From contig JAIETW010000006.1 of assembly GCA_019744845.1 (NCBI GenBank), positions 1 to 38,180 on the forward strand: a stretch of 38,180 nucleotides of DNA, written 5' to 3'. The DNA comes from Patescibacteria group bacterium. Lineage in GTDB: Bacteria; Patescibacteriota; Minisyncoccia; Phycocordibacterales; Phycocordibacteraceae. Below the pieces are notes generated by a model. That model was given only the letters and a program-made list of their open reading frames with translations, was not told the origin of the DNA and made no database searches. This document shows positions 17,668 to 24,897 of this stretch, in pieces (positions within the stretch are counted from its first letter, which is position 1; every line of letters starts with the position of its first letter). Both the position numbers and the translations under genes were made by a program.

Positions 17668-18175
17668 GTTCGGGAATCCTATTCTTCGCGCCAAGGCGAA
17701 GAAAGTACCTCTTAAGTTTATTGGTACGCGCGCATTTAATACACTTGTCGCTGATACGGTCTATACCATGCGTCGTGCCAATGGAGTTGGCCTTGCGGCA
17801 CCACAGATAGGAAAGAGCATGCGCCTTGCGGTGCTTGAAACCCGTCCCACCAAGACGCGGCCGAATCTAGAACGCTCAGGTGTCGTAGTGATTGTGAATC
17901 CTCGCATCGTGCATCGCTCCAAGGCGCTCCAGAAGGAATGGGAAGGATGCTTGAGTTTCTCTGACATCCGAGGGCAGGTGCCACGCGCAAAGACGGTAGT
18001 GGTGGAATACTACGATGAATGTGGAGAGAAAGTGACTGCCGCCGCACAGGGACTCTGGGCCTCTATCTTCCAGCATGAAATAGACCACCTAGATGGTATT
18101 GGATTCATGGATCGGGTGGACACGAAGTCGTTTATGACTCTCCGCGAGTATAAAAAGAAATTTCTAAAGAAATAA
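17645..18175 (+). CDS. def: peptide deformylase
   Basis: Motifs GVGLAAPQIG, EGCLSF and QHEIDHLDG. Track ORF starts at 17504. ATG 17645 (MHVLKRSEFGNPILR...) or 17630 is more plausible, overlapping the upstream gene end (17667). Confidence 0.9.
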   Translation: MHVLKRSEFGNPILRAKAKKVPLKFIGTRAFNTLVADTVYTMRRANGVGLAAPQIGKSMRLAVLETRPTKTRPNLERSGVVVIVNPRIVHRSKALQKEWEGCLSFSDIRGQVPRAKTVVVEYYDECGEKVTAAAQGLWASIFQHEIDHLDGIGFMDRVDTKSFMTLREYKKKFLKK

Positions 18176-18180
18176 GATCC

Positions 18181-19065
18181 ATGTCTGAACAAAGAAAAGG
18201 TGAGCTTTTTAGTTTTGCTGAAGCATTTTTATGGGGTCTTTTTCCTGTAGTTACGGTTATTACTTACACTGGTGTACCACCCCTTGTTTCGTTGGTATGG
18301 AGTACGGTGTTCGCTGCAGTTTTATTTTGTGGCTTTGTAGCGGCACGAAAGCGGTGGCATGAGTTGAAGAATCCATTGGTATGGAGATACACCGCACTGG
18401 CGACTCTGTTTCTTGGCGTTATTCTTTACTGTCTCTACTTTACTGGATTGCAATATACGACTCCAGGAAACGCTGCGCTCATTGCACTCCTAGGAGTCTT
18501 TACGTCGTTCCTGTTTTTTAATGTGTTACGAAAAGAACGTATGTCTCGTTCATACGTGGTGGGAATGATTTGCATGGTGTTGGGGGCGGGAGTGGTGCTT
18601 GCTCCAAACGTAGGAAATTTGAATATTGGTGACCTCTACATTCTGCTTGCGGCATGTATTGCTCCTTTTGGGAATTTTTATTCTCAAAAAGCAGTTGGAG
18701 TAGCATCAAGCGAGACAGTGATGTTCCTCCGAAGTGCACTGTCGGTGCCATTTTTACTCATTATTGCGCTCCTCGCTGGTGCGCACGCAACCTGGGCTGA
18801 GATACAAATGTCACTTCCGTTCCTTCTCGTCAACGGGCTGCTGTTACTCGGCCTATCCAAGATGTTTTTCTTGGAAGCTATTCACCGGCTTTCGGTCACA
18901 AAAGCACTCTCTCTTGAGAGTGGATCCGTTATTGTGACCCTCGGCGCTGCATGGCTTCTTTTAGAACAAGCACCAACTCTTTGGCAGGTAGCGGCCGTGA
19001 TTCCACTTCTTCTGGGGGTGGCACTATTAACTGATCAGGTGTGTCTTGAAAGACGCACTGTTTAG
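18181..19065 (+). CDS. EamA/DMT-family transporter (10 TM)
   Basis: 294 aa, two EamA-like 5-TM halves. Starts 5 nt after the def stop. Confidence 0.8.
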   Translation: MSEQRKGELFSFAEAFLWGLFPVVTVITYTGVPPLVSLVWSTVFAAVLFCGFVAARKRWHELKNPLVWRYTALATLFLGVILYCLYFTGLQYTTPGNAALIALLGVFTSFLFFNVLRKERMSRSYVVGMICMVLGAGVVLAPNVGNLNIGDLYILLAACIAPFGNFYSQKAVGVASSETVMFLRSALSVPFLLIIALLAGAHATWAEIQMSLPFLLVNGLLLLGLSKMFFLEAIHRLSVTKALSLESGSVIVTLGAAWLLLEQAPTLWQVAAVIPLLLGVALLTDQVCLERRTV

Positions 19066-19177
19066 GCCGCCATTACGACACTTCACCCTGTTCTTGGGAA
19101 GGGGTTTATACACTTGTCGGAAGAGGGCGGAGGAGCGACAATGAGTCTCCCTATAGAGAATATACGATTCTCAATTA

Positions 19178-20233
19178 TTGAATAACCACATACTTCGTAT
19201 GCCAATCAACAAAGGAGCAGGAACGGTAGACATCAACAAGCGTCGTGTCATTAACGGTGCAGACGCAGACGTGATGCAGCTTTATCCAATGCGTCACACC
19301 TTCGCATGGGAAGCGTATCTTGCGGGTAATGCCAACCACTGGCTGCCAACCGAGATCTCCATGCAGCGCGATATTGAACAGTGGAGAAGCAGCACTGTGC
19401 TTTCCGCCGACGAGCGCAAAGCCTTTGAGACCGTGCTTGGTTTCTTTACGACCGCAGATTCTATTGCGGCCAATAACGTCGTGCTCGCGCTCTACAAGCA
19501 CATCACCAGTCCTGAATGCCGCATGTACCTTCTTCGCCAGGGCTATGAAGAGGCAATTCACACCCATGCGTACCAGTACATTGTGGAATCTCTCGGCATG
19601 GACGAGTCAAAGATCTTCAACATGTATCGCGAGATGGATGCCATCTACAACAAGGACAACATGGTGCTTGCATTGAACGAAGGAATCTTTGATCCTGCGT
19701 TTAAGACGGGCACCTTTGAGAACGATCAGAAGTTCCTTGAGAACCTCATCGTGTTCTCTCTCATCCTTGAAGGTATCTTCTTCTACTCTTCATTCGCCGT
19801 CATGTTCGGCTTCCAGCGCCAGAACAAGCTTACGGGATCTGCAGAGCAGATTCAGTACATCATGCGTGACGAGTCCCAGCACTTGAACTTCGGCATCAAC
19901 CTGATCAACTCCATCAAGGAAGAGCAGCCAGAGCTCTGGACCAAGGAATTCCAGGAGCATGTGATTGATCTCGTGAAGCGTGCCGTGGTACTTGAGTACA
20001 CCTTTGCGACTGAAGTCTTCCCACGCGGCATCTTCGGTATGAACGCCGATGGCTTCAAGCAGTACATAGAGCACATTGCGGATCGCCGCCTAGAGCGCGT
20101 CGGGCTCCCAACCCAGTTCAACGTAGAAAACCCATTCACCTGGATGTCTGAGGCGATTGACCTCAACAAGGAGAAGAATTTCTTTGAGACTCGCGTGACT
20201 GAGTACAAGACCGGCGGAACCCTCAACTGGTAG
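19178..20233 (+). CDS. nrdB: ribonucleoside-diphosphate reductase beta subunit, class Ia (di-iron tyrosyl radical type)
   Basis: Metal-ligand and radical motif EEAIHTHAY (E-x-x-H-x-x-x-Y), second site ILEGIFFYSSF and RDESQHLNF, C-terminal EYKTGGTLNW tail. Track start 19178 is TTG. ATG 19199 (MPINKG...) is an alternative start. Confidence 0.92.
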   Translation: MNNHILRMPINKGAGTVDINKRRVINGADADVMQLYPMRHTFAWEAYLAGNANHWLPTEISMQRDIEQWRSSTVLSADERKAFETVLGFFTTADSIAANNVVLALYKHITSPECRMYLLRQGYEEAIHTHAYQYIVESLGMDESKIFNMYREMDAIYNKDNMVLALNEGIFDPAFKTGTFENDQKFLENLIVFSLILEGIFFYSSFAVMFGFQRQNKLTGSAEQIQYIMRDESQHLNFGINLINSIKEEQPELWTKEFQEHVIDLVKRAVVLEYTFATEVFPRGIFGMNADGFKQYIEHIADRRLERVGLPTQFNVENPFTWMSEAIDLNKEKNFFETRVTEYKTGGTLNW

Positions 20234-20257
20234 CCTTCTCTGACAACCAAAACGACC

Positions 20258-20284
20258 ATAATGCCTCCTCTCCGGAGGCATTAT
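20258..20284 (+). terminator. 11-bp hairpin after nrdB (terminator-like, weak U-tract)
   Basis: ataatgcctcc (20258-20268), loop tctcc, ggaggcattat (20274-20284). Followed by tcgtgcctttt. Confidence 0.5.
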
Positions 20285-20468
20285 TCGTGCCTTTTAAGGC
20301 AAAATCTAGCCCCTAGAGCGCTCTTTGGAGAGGGAAGCGACCGATGCTGATCAGGGTCGGTCAAGCCCCTTTGAGGGCCAAAATCCAGGAATGCCGAAAA
20401 GTGCTGTGGATGGAAGAGGTTCCACCACGAAACGGCGTAGAATAATGGTATTTTGGCGTTTCTAACTA

Positions 20469-20498
20469 TTGACATACTTGTCAAACGTGTTGTAGACC
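20469..20498 (+). promoter_or_regulatory. sigma70-like promoter for the 3D-domain gene (TTGACA, 18 nt, TAGACC), leaderless spacing
   Basis: TTGACA 20469-20474; TAGACC 20493-20498; ATG 20506 lies 7 nt after the -10. The -35 is part of the inverted repeat TTGACAtactTGTCAA (20469-20484), and a third TTGACA lies at 20499-20504. Confidence 0.45.
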
Positions 20499-20505
20499 TT
20501 GACAA

Positions 20506-21171
20506 ATGGGGTCCAAAATGATAACCTTCGTATACGAGGTTGTCCTTTGGACCCTTGTATCTATGACTTCTTTTATAGCCCTTATGGGCTTTTTTGTTTT
20601 AGCAGGGACGGTATCCGCCCCCGTAGCCGTTCAGGCGACTCCTTCCGAGATTGACTCAGCTGCCGTTAAGGTGGCCGTCAAGGAGGAAGTGTCACTTGAG
20701 CGCACTGCGGAGACGGTACTTTCCGTTAAGCTCACGGCTTACAACGCCGTACCAGAGCAGACCGACTCTAACCCGTTTGTCACCGCTTCTGGAGCTGTGT
20801 CTAACCCCGAGGTGATGGCAGCCCGTTCGCACGACCTCGCTGGTGAACTCCCATTCGGGACCGTCATCGCGGTTGAGCGTCCGGACTACCAGGATCCTCT
20901 TTCCTGTGGGTTTGACGCCGTTGAGCACTTGATTGGGTATCGTGTCATTGGTGACACCACTCACTCTCGTAAAGTTGCACAGATTGACCTCCTCATGAAC
21001 CAAGAGGATACGGTCACGGTGAAGGGTCGCGAAATGAACCCTTCTCTTGCCCTCGGGGTCTGTGATGAGGTGACCATCCGCGTCGTAGGACGCATCGCGG
21101 TCCGCGAAATCCCAGCAACTCAGGCTGAGCTCGCAGAGATCGTCACTGGTGGTCGTCTCGCCCTTCGCTAA
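20506..21171 (+). CDS. 3D-domain (MltA-like double-psi beta-barrel) cell-wall protein with N-terminal TM anchor
   Basis: KLTAYNAVPEQTDSNPFVTASGA...GTVIAVE...YRVIGDTTH matches the 3D domain pattern. An N-terminal hydrophobic helix is present. Confidence 0.75.
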   Translation: MGSKMITFVYEVVLWTLVSMTSFIALMGFFVLAGTVSAPVAVQATPSEIDSAAVKVAVKEEVSLERTAETVLSVKLTAYNAVPEQTDSNPFVTASGAVSNPEVMAARSHDLAGELPFGTVIAVERPDYQDPLSCGFDAVEHLIGYRVIGDTTHSRKVAQIDLLMNQEDTVTVKGREMNPSLALGVCDEVTIRVVGRIAVREIPATQAELAEIVTGGRLALR

Positions 21172-21186
21172 CACAGAGACATACAG

Positions 21187-21217
21187 AAAAACCGCCCTCG
21201 GCAATGGGGCGGTTTTT
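21187..21217. terminator. bidirectional intrinsic terminator
   Basis: aaaaaccgccc (21187-21197), loop tcggcaatg, gggcggttttt (21207-21217). Lies between convergent genes. Confidence 0.8.
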
Positions 21218-21462
21218 TATTTGTCTCCTACCGGTGGCTCACCTGGAGGAACAATTCGGTACCGTCGTATATGGGGAGTTTGAATGTGAAAGTACTGTTG
21301 AAGTCTGGACGGGGTGCCGCTGATTCTCACGACAAGTCCTTCATACGCTGCATTCCCATCATCATATTCAACGGTCACGAGATCACCCTTCGTCTCAAGT
21401 TCTTTAAGAAGCGCAGCCCGTAGATTCTGTGGAGCAGTCTCAAAGTGTTCTGCAGTACTCAT
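21217..21462 (-). CDS. hypothetical small protein (81 aa)
   Basis: The ORF follows the DUF1003 gene stop (21464) directly. No family recognised. Confidence 0.45.
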   Translation of the reverse strand: MSTAEHFETAPQNLRAALLKELETKGDLVTVEYDDGNAAYEGLVVRISGTPSRLQQYFHIQTPHIRRYRIVPPGEPPVGDK

Positions 21463-21463
21463 A

Positions 21464-21979
21464 TTATCCTTCGTCTTCGGCGGTCTTTCTAAGTGTCTCT
21501 AGGTTAACGCGCTTCTTCATTTCTTCAAGCTCTCCATCTTTGCGACGGCGCATACCAAGATGCTTTTCCATATCTTCAAGAATGCAGAGGATTTTGGTGA
21601 TCTCTTGCTCTGCACGCACATCAATCTCAAAGTCTAGCTTCTCGCGCACTTCGGCGACATGCCCCTGACGGTTCTGACTGATAAGCACGATGATGGAAAG
21701 GACGATAGCTTCAAGAGACACAGCCATCGTGAGGAGGGAATACGGGAATGGGTCAAACGGAGTAAGTCCCAGGAATCCTTCGTTCCAGAGAATCCAAATA
21801 ACAAACACCACTATGTTCGCCACCAAGAACCACACGGTACCGAACTCTTTAGTCATAAACTCGGCAAACCGATCTATAGGAGTCTGGCGAAAGCCAAGAC
21901 GAGACTTAAGGGTGTCGGTAAGGACCTCCTTCGTAAGACCGGTAGCAGGGAGCGATTCTATGACGTGTTTCTTTTGCAT
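21464..21979 (-). CDS. DUF1003-family membrane protein
   Basis: Start ATG 21979 (MQKKHVIESL...) lies 8 nt after GGTATACT (21988-21995, minus). FGTVWFLVANIVVFVIWILWN...FDPFPYSLLTMAVSLEAIVLSIIVLISQNRQ matches the DUF1003 core. C-terminal coiled coil. The track's 105-codon N-terminal extension is rejected. Confidence 0.75.
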   Translation of the reverse strand: MQKKHVIESLPATGLTKEVLTDTLKSRLGFRQTPIDRFAEFMTKEFGTVWFLVANIVVFVIWILWNEGFLGLTPFDPFPYSLLTMAVSLEAIVLSIIVLISQNRQGHVAEVREKLDFEIDVRAEQEITKILCILEDMEKHLGMRRRKDGELEEMKKRVNLETLRKTAEDEG

Positions 21980-21987
21980 GTAGGTAC

Positions 21988-21995
21988 AGTATACC
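21988..21995 (-). promoter_or_regulatory. -10-like GGTATACT box for the DUF1003 gene
   Basis: Minus strand reads ggtatactgtacctacATG. It forms an inverted repeat with the plus-strand box at 22007-22014. Confidence 0.5.
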
Positions 21996-22000
21996 GTCTT

Positions 22001-22336
22001 GTGCGGGGTATACTCTGTAGTAATGGACAGAGTGAGGCATTTGGGGGAAAGGGTACTGGCTGGGAGAACGCCGGAGTAGAGGGCGCACTCCAAGTGGAGC
22101 GCAAGACCTATTGCGGACGTTTCCACCGATCCTTTCGTCAGCTCCCAGGAGGGCAGCGAGAGTGGATGTACGTGATTAAAGAGGCAGATGGAAGCTGGAA
22201 ACCGATCAGCGAGCCTTCTGCCGGAGTGGGAGAAGTAGAAGAACGTGATGGCACATTCTATGGTATTGAGTTTAGAAAAAACAAAACCGGCCATCTAGAG
22301 CCGGTCTCAGTACAACTTCCTCGTCTAGAGGCCTAG
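22001..22336 (+). CDS. candidate unannotated small protein gene (about 104-111 aa; start uncertain: GTG 22001, ATG 22023 with a -1 shift, or ATG 22166)
   Basis: This is the 3' part of track ORF 21659..22336 that is not antisense to any gene. Codon position 1 is strongly G-rich. The translation is protein-like (...EWMYVIKEADGSWKPISEPSAGVGEVEERDGTFYGIEFRKNKTGHLEPV...). It ends in a CTAG stop-stop overlap with purH. Confidence 0.4.
   Translation: MRGILCSNGQSEAFGGKGTGWENAGVEGALQVERKTYCGRFHRSFRQLPGGQREWMYVIKEADGSWKPISEPSAGVGEVEERDGTFYGIEFRKNKTGHLEPVSVQLPRLEA
22007..22014 (+). promoter_or_regulatory. -10-like GGTATACT box facing the purH/DUF1003 gap (plus strand)
   Basis: ggtatactctgtagtaATG: perfect box, 8 nt, then ATG 22023. 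Confidence 0.45.
22275..22305 (-). terminator. intrinsic terminator after purH
   Basis: On minus: accggc, loop tctagatg, gccggt (22286-22305), followed by ttttgtttttt (22275-22285). Confidence 0.65.
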
Positions 22337-23916
22337 TGTCCAAAGAACCCGCGACCAATACGGTCAGGGATGAGGTAGAGCGGCGTGTTACGAGCCGTTG
22401 CAAGCTCAATCGTTGCAGGATCCTTGAGTGAGCCACTCGTAGAGAGAATGGCACCAATACCAGCGTCTATGAGCGTTTCCGGACCATCAGGGAATGGGAA
22501 GAAGGAATCACTATACGCTGCAGCACCCTTCGGATCATGCTTGGAGCGCTCAGCACGCATGAGTGCAAGCTTTGCGGCACCCACACGATCCTGCTGTCCG
22601 ACACCGTTTGCAATCAGCATGCCATCCTTCACCAAAGAGATGGTGTTGCTGTTACTTGTGGCGCCCACGGCCCAGGCAAGAAGCATGTCATCTTCCTGCG
22701 CAGCGGTTGCATGTCCATACTTCGCGAGGTCAGGGGAAGCGAGATCAAGTACAAAAGTGTAGTTTGGCTGAAGAAGGAATCCGCCGCGTACGTAGCGGAA
22801 ACGAGGAGCGACATCAAGCGTGTCTTCGCCGAGCGCCGCAAGTGGAGGATTTACGATAAAGCGGCACTTGTCTCCCTTGCGACGGAGTTTCGCGATTGCG
22901 TCTTCGGTAAAGGAAGGAGCGACAATGCCATCAAGCATGCGTCCGGCAATCTCCTCTGCCTCATCAGCACCGATAGGGAAGTTGGTGAGGATGAGTCCAC
23001 CAAAGATCGCAAGAGGATCTCCAGCGATTGTTTTCTTAAGAGTGTTCGTGTGGGTGTCTCCAATGGCAGCACCACAGGCGTTACCGTGCTTTGCGCCTAC
23101 GGCAAGATGCGGCACCTTTCCACGATTCTTCGCGAACACGGCAGCGATATGCGTTGCCGTTTGAAGAAGGCGATCAATATCTGCCCAATTGTTGTATGAG
23201 GGAGGAGTCCCTTCAAGCACGGAGAAACGAGAAAGGGCCAGTGGGTCGTCATTTGCAGTTTCATAGAGCGCTGCGGGTGCCTGGGGTGCATTTTCTCCGT
23301 ACTTACACTCAGCCACACGAGTACCCACAATGCCGGCATACGCGCCTTCGCCCTGGAAGGTGGCAGAGGCAAGGCAGTATTCAGCGATGGTGTATTCGCC
23401 CTTGGCAGCAAGCTCACGCACAAACGCTTCGTCACTTCCTCCGTTTTGTAGCCACTCAAGGACACGAGTACGATCTTTTGGATCACAGACCACCACACGT
23501 CCACCCTTCGCTGCAGAGCGGATCATGGTCGGACCTCCGATATCCGTCTTCTCAATCACGGATTCACGGGTGTGATCTGGCTTCTTAAGTTCTTCGGTAA
23601 GAGGGTAGAGATCTACACAGACCAAATCAATAAAAGGTATAGAAAGATCCGCGAGTTCCTTAAGATCCTCAGGAATATCACGAGCAAGGAGTCCCGCATG
23701 TACTTCACGAGAAAGCGTGACGACACGGTGTCCAAGAATGGCACCACCACCCACAAGATCTGCAACATCAGTGACTTCAATACCTGCATCGGTGAGGGCT
23801 TTTGCGGTACCGCCTGAGGCATAGATCTTCACGCCCTGGTCTACCAGACCCTGCGCAAATTCAACGATGCCGTCCTTGTGGTAGACCGAGATGAGTGCCG
23901 TCTCTACCTTTTTCAT
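22333..23916 (-). CDS. purH: bifunctional AICAR transformylase / IMP cyclohydrolase
   Basis: 527 aa. N-terminal MGS-like domain ALISVYHKDGIVEFAQGL...ASGGTAKAL. C-terminal AICARFT domain. Confidence 0.95.
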   Translation of the reverse strand: MKKVETALISVYHKDGIVEFAQGLVDQGVKIYASGGTAKALTDAGIEVTDVADLVGGGAILGHRVVTLSREVHAGLLARDIPEDLKELADLSIPFIDLVCVDLYPLTEELKKPDHTRESVIEKTDIGGPTMIRSAAKGGRVVVCDPKDRTRVLEWLQNGGSDEAFVRELAAKGEYTIAEYCLASATFQGEGAYAGIVGTRVAECKYGENAPQAPAALYETANDDPLALSRFSVLEGTPPSYNNWADIDRLLQTATHIAAVFAKNRGKVPHLAVGAKHGNACGAAIGDTHTNTLKKTIAGDPLAIFGGLILTNFPIGADEAEEIAGRMLDGIVAPSFTEDAIAKLRRKGDKCRFIVNPPLAALGEDTLDVAPRFRYVRGGFLLQPNYTFVLDLASPDLAKYGHATAAQEDDMLLAWAVGATSNSNTISLVKDGMLIANGVGQQDRVGAAKLALMRAERSKHDPKGAAAYSDSFFPFPDGPETLIDAGIGAILSTSGSLKDPATIELATARNTPLYLIPDRIGRGFFGH

Positions 23917-23918
23917 AA

Positions 23919-24782
23919 TTAATCAAATAGTTTAATGAGATAGGTATCTATCTCACGCTGATCAAGATCGTAAAAGCTCTTTTCGTCCCGGTGAAGGTCG
24001 CGAGCCAAATCAACACCCACAAAGCGCCAGTGCCACGGCTCATACTGATAATACGCGTTATTGTCTGGATACGAAAGCACGAATCCATAGCGATGGGCGT
24101 TATTCAAAAGCCACTGGTACGACTCAGTGTTTTCAAAGCCGCTGAAGGTAGAACCAATGGCTTCGGTGGTGAAATCAATCGTCGTACCGAGTTGGTGCTC
24201 TGAGTACCCCTGATCTGCAGAGAAGGTGTTCGCCCCAGAGCCGTAGGTGACACGATAGTTCGCCTTCAATGCTGCCTGTGTACCAAAGGAACGGAATCCA
24301 GACACCACCTTCAACTCCACACCATCTTCTTCTGCGTCCTCCAGGAGGTCTTTAAGGAAGGGCCACGCTTCTTCGTGGAAGTATTCTTCTTCACCATAGA
24401 CATACTCTTCATCTATCTCGACGACTGAGACGGGAGAGTAGTTCTCGTTCAAGAAGTAGATCTTGGAATATTTCTGCAGGAGCTCAGCGTCGGTACGGGA
24501 AAGCTTATCAAGCTTACCGACAGTGCCGCTAATGTCGTTGATCTGATTTTCAAAGTTGTCATTACGTTCACGCTCTGCCTGAAGACTTCCGGCAAGATCG
24601 CGATTTTCATTCTCTGCACGGGCAAGCGCGTCAGTCGCTTCCACAAGGCGTATCTCGTAATCCGCTGATACGGCCGCGAGACGTGCCTCGGACGCCGTGT
24701 AGCCCCAGTAGCCGAGGACAAGGGAGAGCAGGATCAGGACCCCGATAACGATGGGGAAATAGCCTGTGGCGGCGGCTTTCAT
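23919..24782 (-). CDS. D-alanyl-D-alanine carboxypeptidase, peptidase M15B (VanY-like), membrane-anchored with coiled coil
   Basis: Zn-ligand motifs SEHQLGTTIDF and EPWHWRF. N-terminal TM helix. TAGAGT (24789-24794, minus) lies 6 nt upstream of ATG 24782. Confidence 0.85.
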   Translation of the reverse strand: MKAAATGYFPIVIGVLILLSLVLGYWGYTASEARLAAVSADYEIRLVEATDALARAENENRDLAGSLQAERERNDNFENQINDISGTVGKLDKLSRTDAELLQKYSKIYFLNENYSPVSVVEIDEEYVYGEEEYFHEEAWPFLKDLLEDAEEDGVELKVVSGFRSFGTQAALKANYRVTYGSGANTFSADQGYSEHQLGTTIDFTTEAIGSTFSGFENTESYQWLLNNAHRYGFVLSYPDNNAYYQYEPWHWRFVGVDLARDLHRDEKSFYDLDQREIDTYLIKLFD

Positions 24783-24852
24783 GCGGGTACTCTAGCACGC
24801 CTTCGCAAACCAGGGGATGGGCTCATGCGTTGCATGCGGTATGCTGTACCCC

Positions 24853-24894
24853 ATGCGGAGTAGGGGTAATAGAAAGGGTGTGAACCCGTCATAG
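24853..24894 (+). other. candidate leaderless 13-codon uORF (MRSRGNRKGVNPS*) ending 3 nt before the ECF sigma start
   Basis: GGTATGCT (24838-24845), 7 nt, then ATG 24853. TAG 24892-24894, then ACT, then ATG 24898. Confidence 0.3.
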
Positions 24895-24897
24895 ACT

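Noticed and set aside
19150-19175. NrdR box upstream of nrdB (gagaatatacgattctc inverted repeat, 19156-19172)
   Set aside because: It has a 6-bp stem with an ATA-rich centre but does not fit the CAC...GTG arms of the NrdR consensus, and no second box is found at a 31-32 bp offset.
20285-20468. c-di-AMP (ydaO-type) riboswitch upstream of the cell-wall 3D-domain gene
   Set aside because: The conserved GGGGAnCCA, GAAUCC and ACGGGGAG elements that I recall for this class are absent. In addition, the inferred promoter lies downstream of this segment.
20281-20505. 74-aa minus-strand ORF upstream of the 3D-domain gene
   Set aside because: It has a TTG start abutting the divergent ATG, no promoter box, no codon periodicity and an implausible composition. 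Treated as non-coding.
21980-22275. Possible housekeeping ncRNA (RNase P RNA, tmRNA, SRP/4.5S, 6S) in the purH/DUF1003 gap
   Set aside because: I found none of the conserved cores on either strand: GAGGAAAGUCC and ACAGAAnCCGGCUUA for RNase P, GGUUCGAnUCC...CCA for the tmRNA 3' end, and GGAAGCAGCC for SRP domain IV. The plus strand is strongly purine-skewed with codon periodicity, which favours coding.
21980-22294. 105-codon N-terminal extension of the DUF1003 gene (track ORF 21464..22294)
   Set aside because: The extension is Cys/His/Ser/Phe-rich and unlike the other proteins here. Its ATG lies in the loop of the purH terminator hairpin. A perfect GGTATACT box sits 8 nt upstream of the internal ATG 21979. 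The open frame is better explained as the in-register shadow of a plus-strand coding frame.
24874-24897. ECF-type autoregulatory promoter (GAAC, 16-17 nt, CGTC) directly upstream of the sigma gene
   Set aside because: tgaacccgtc contains both half-motifs but only 2 nt apart, which is incompatible with ECF promoter spacing.
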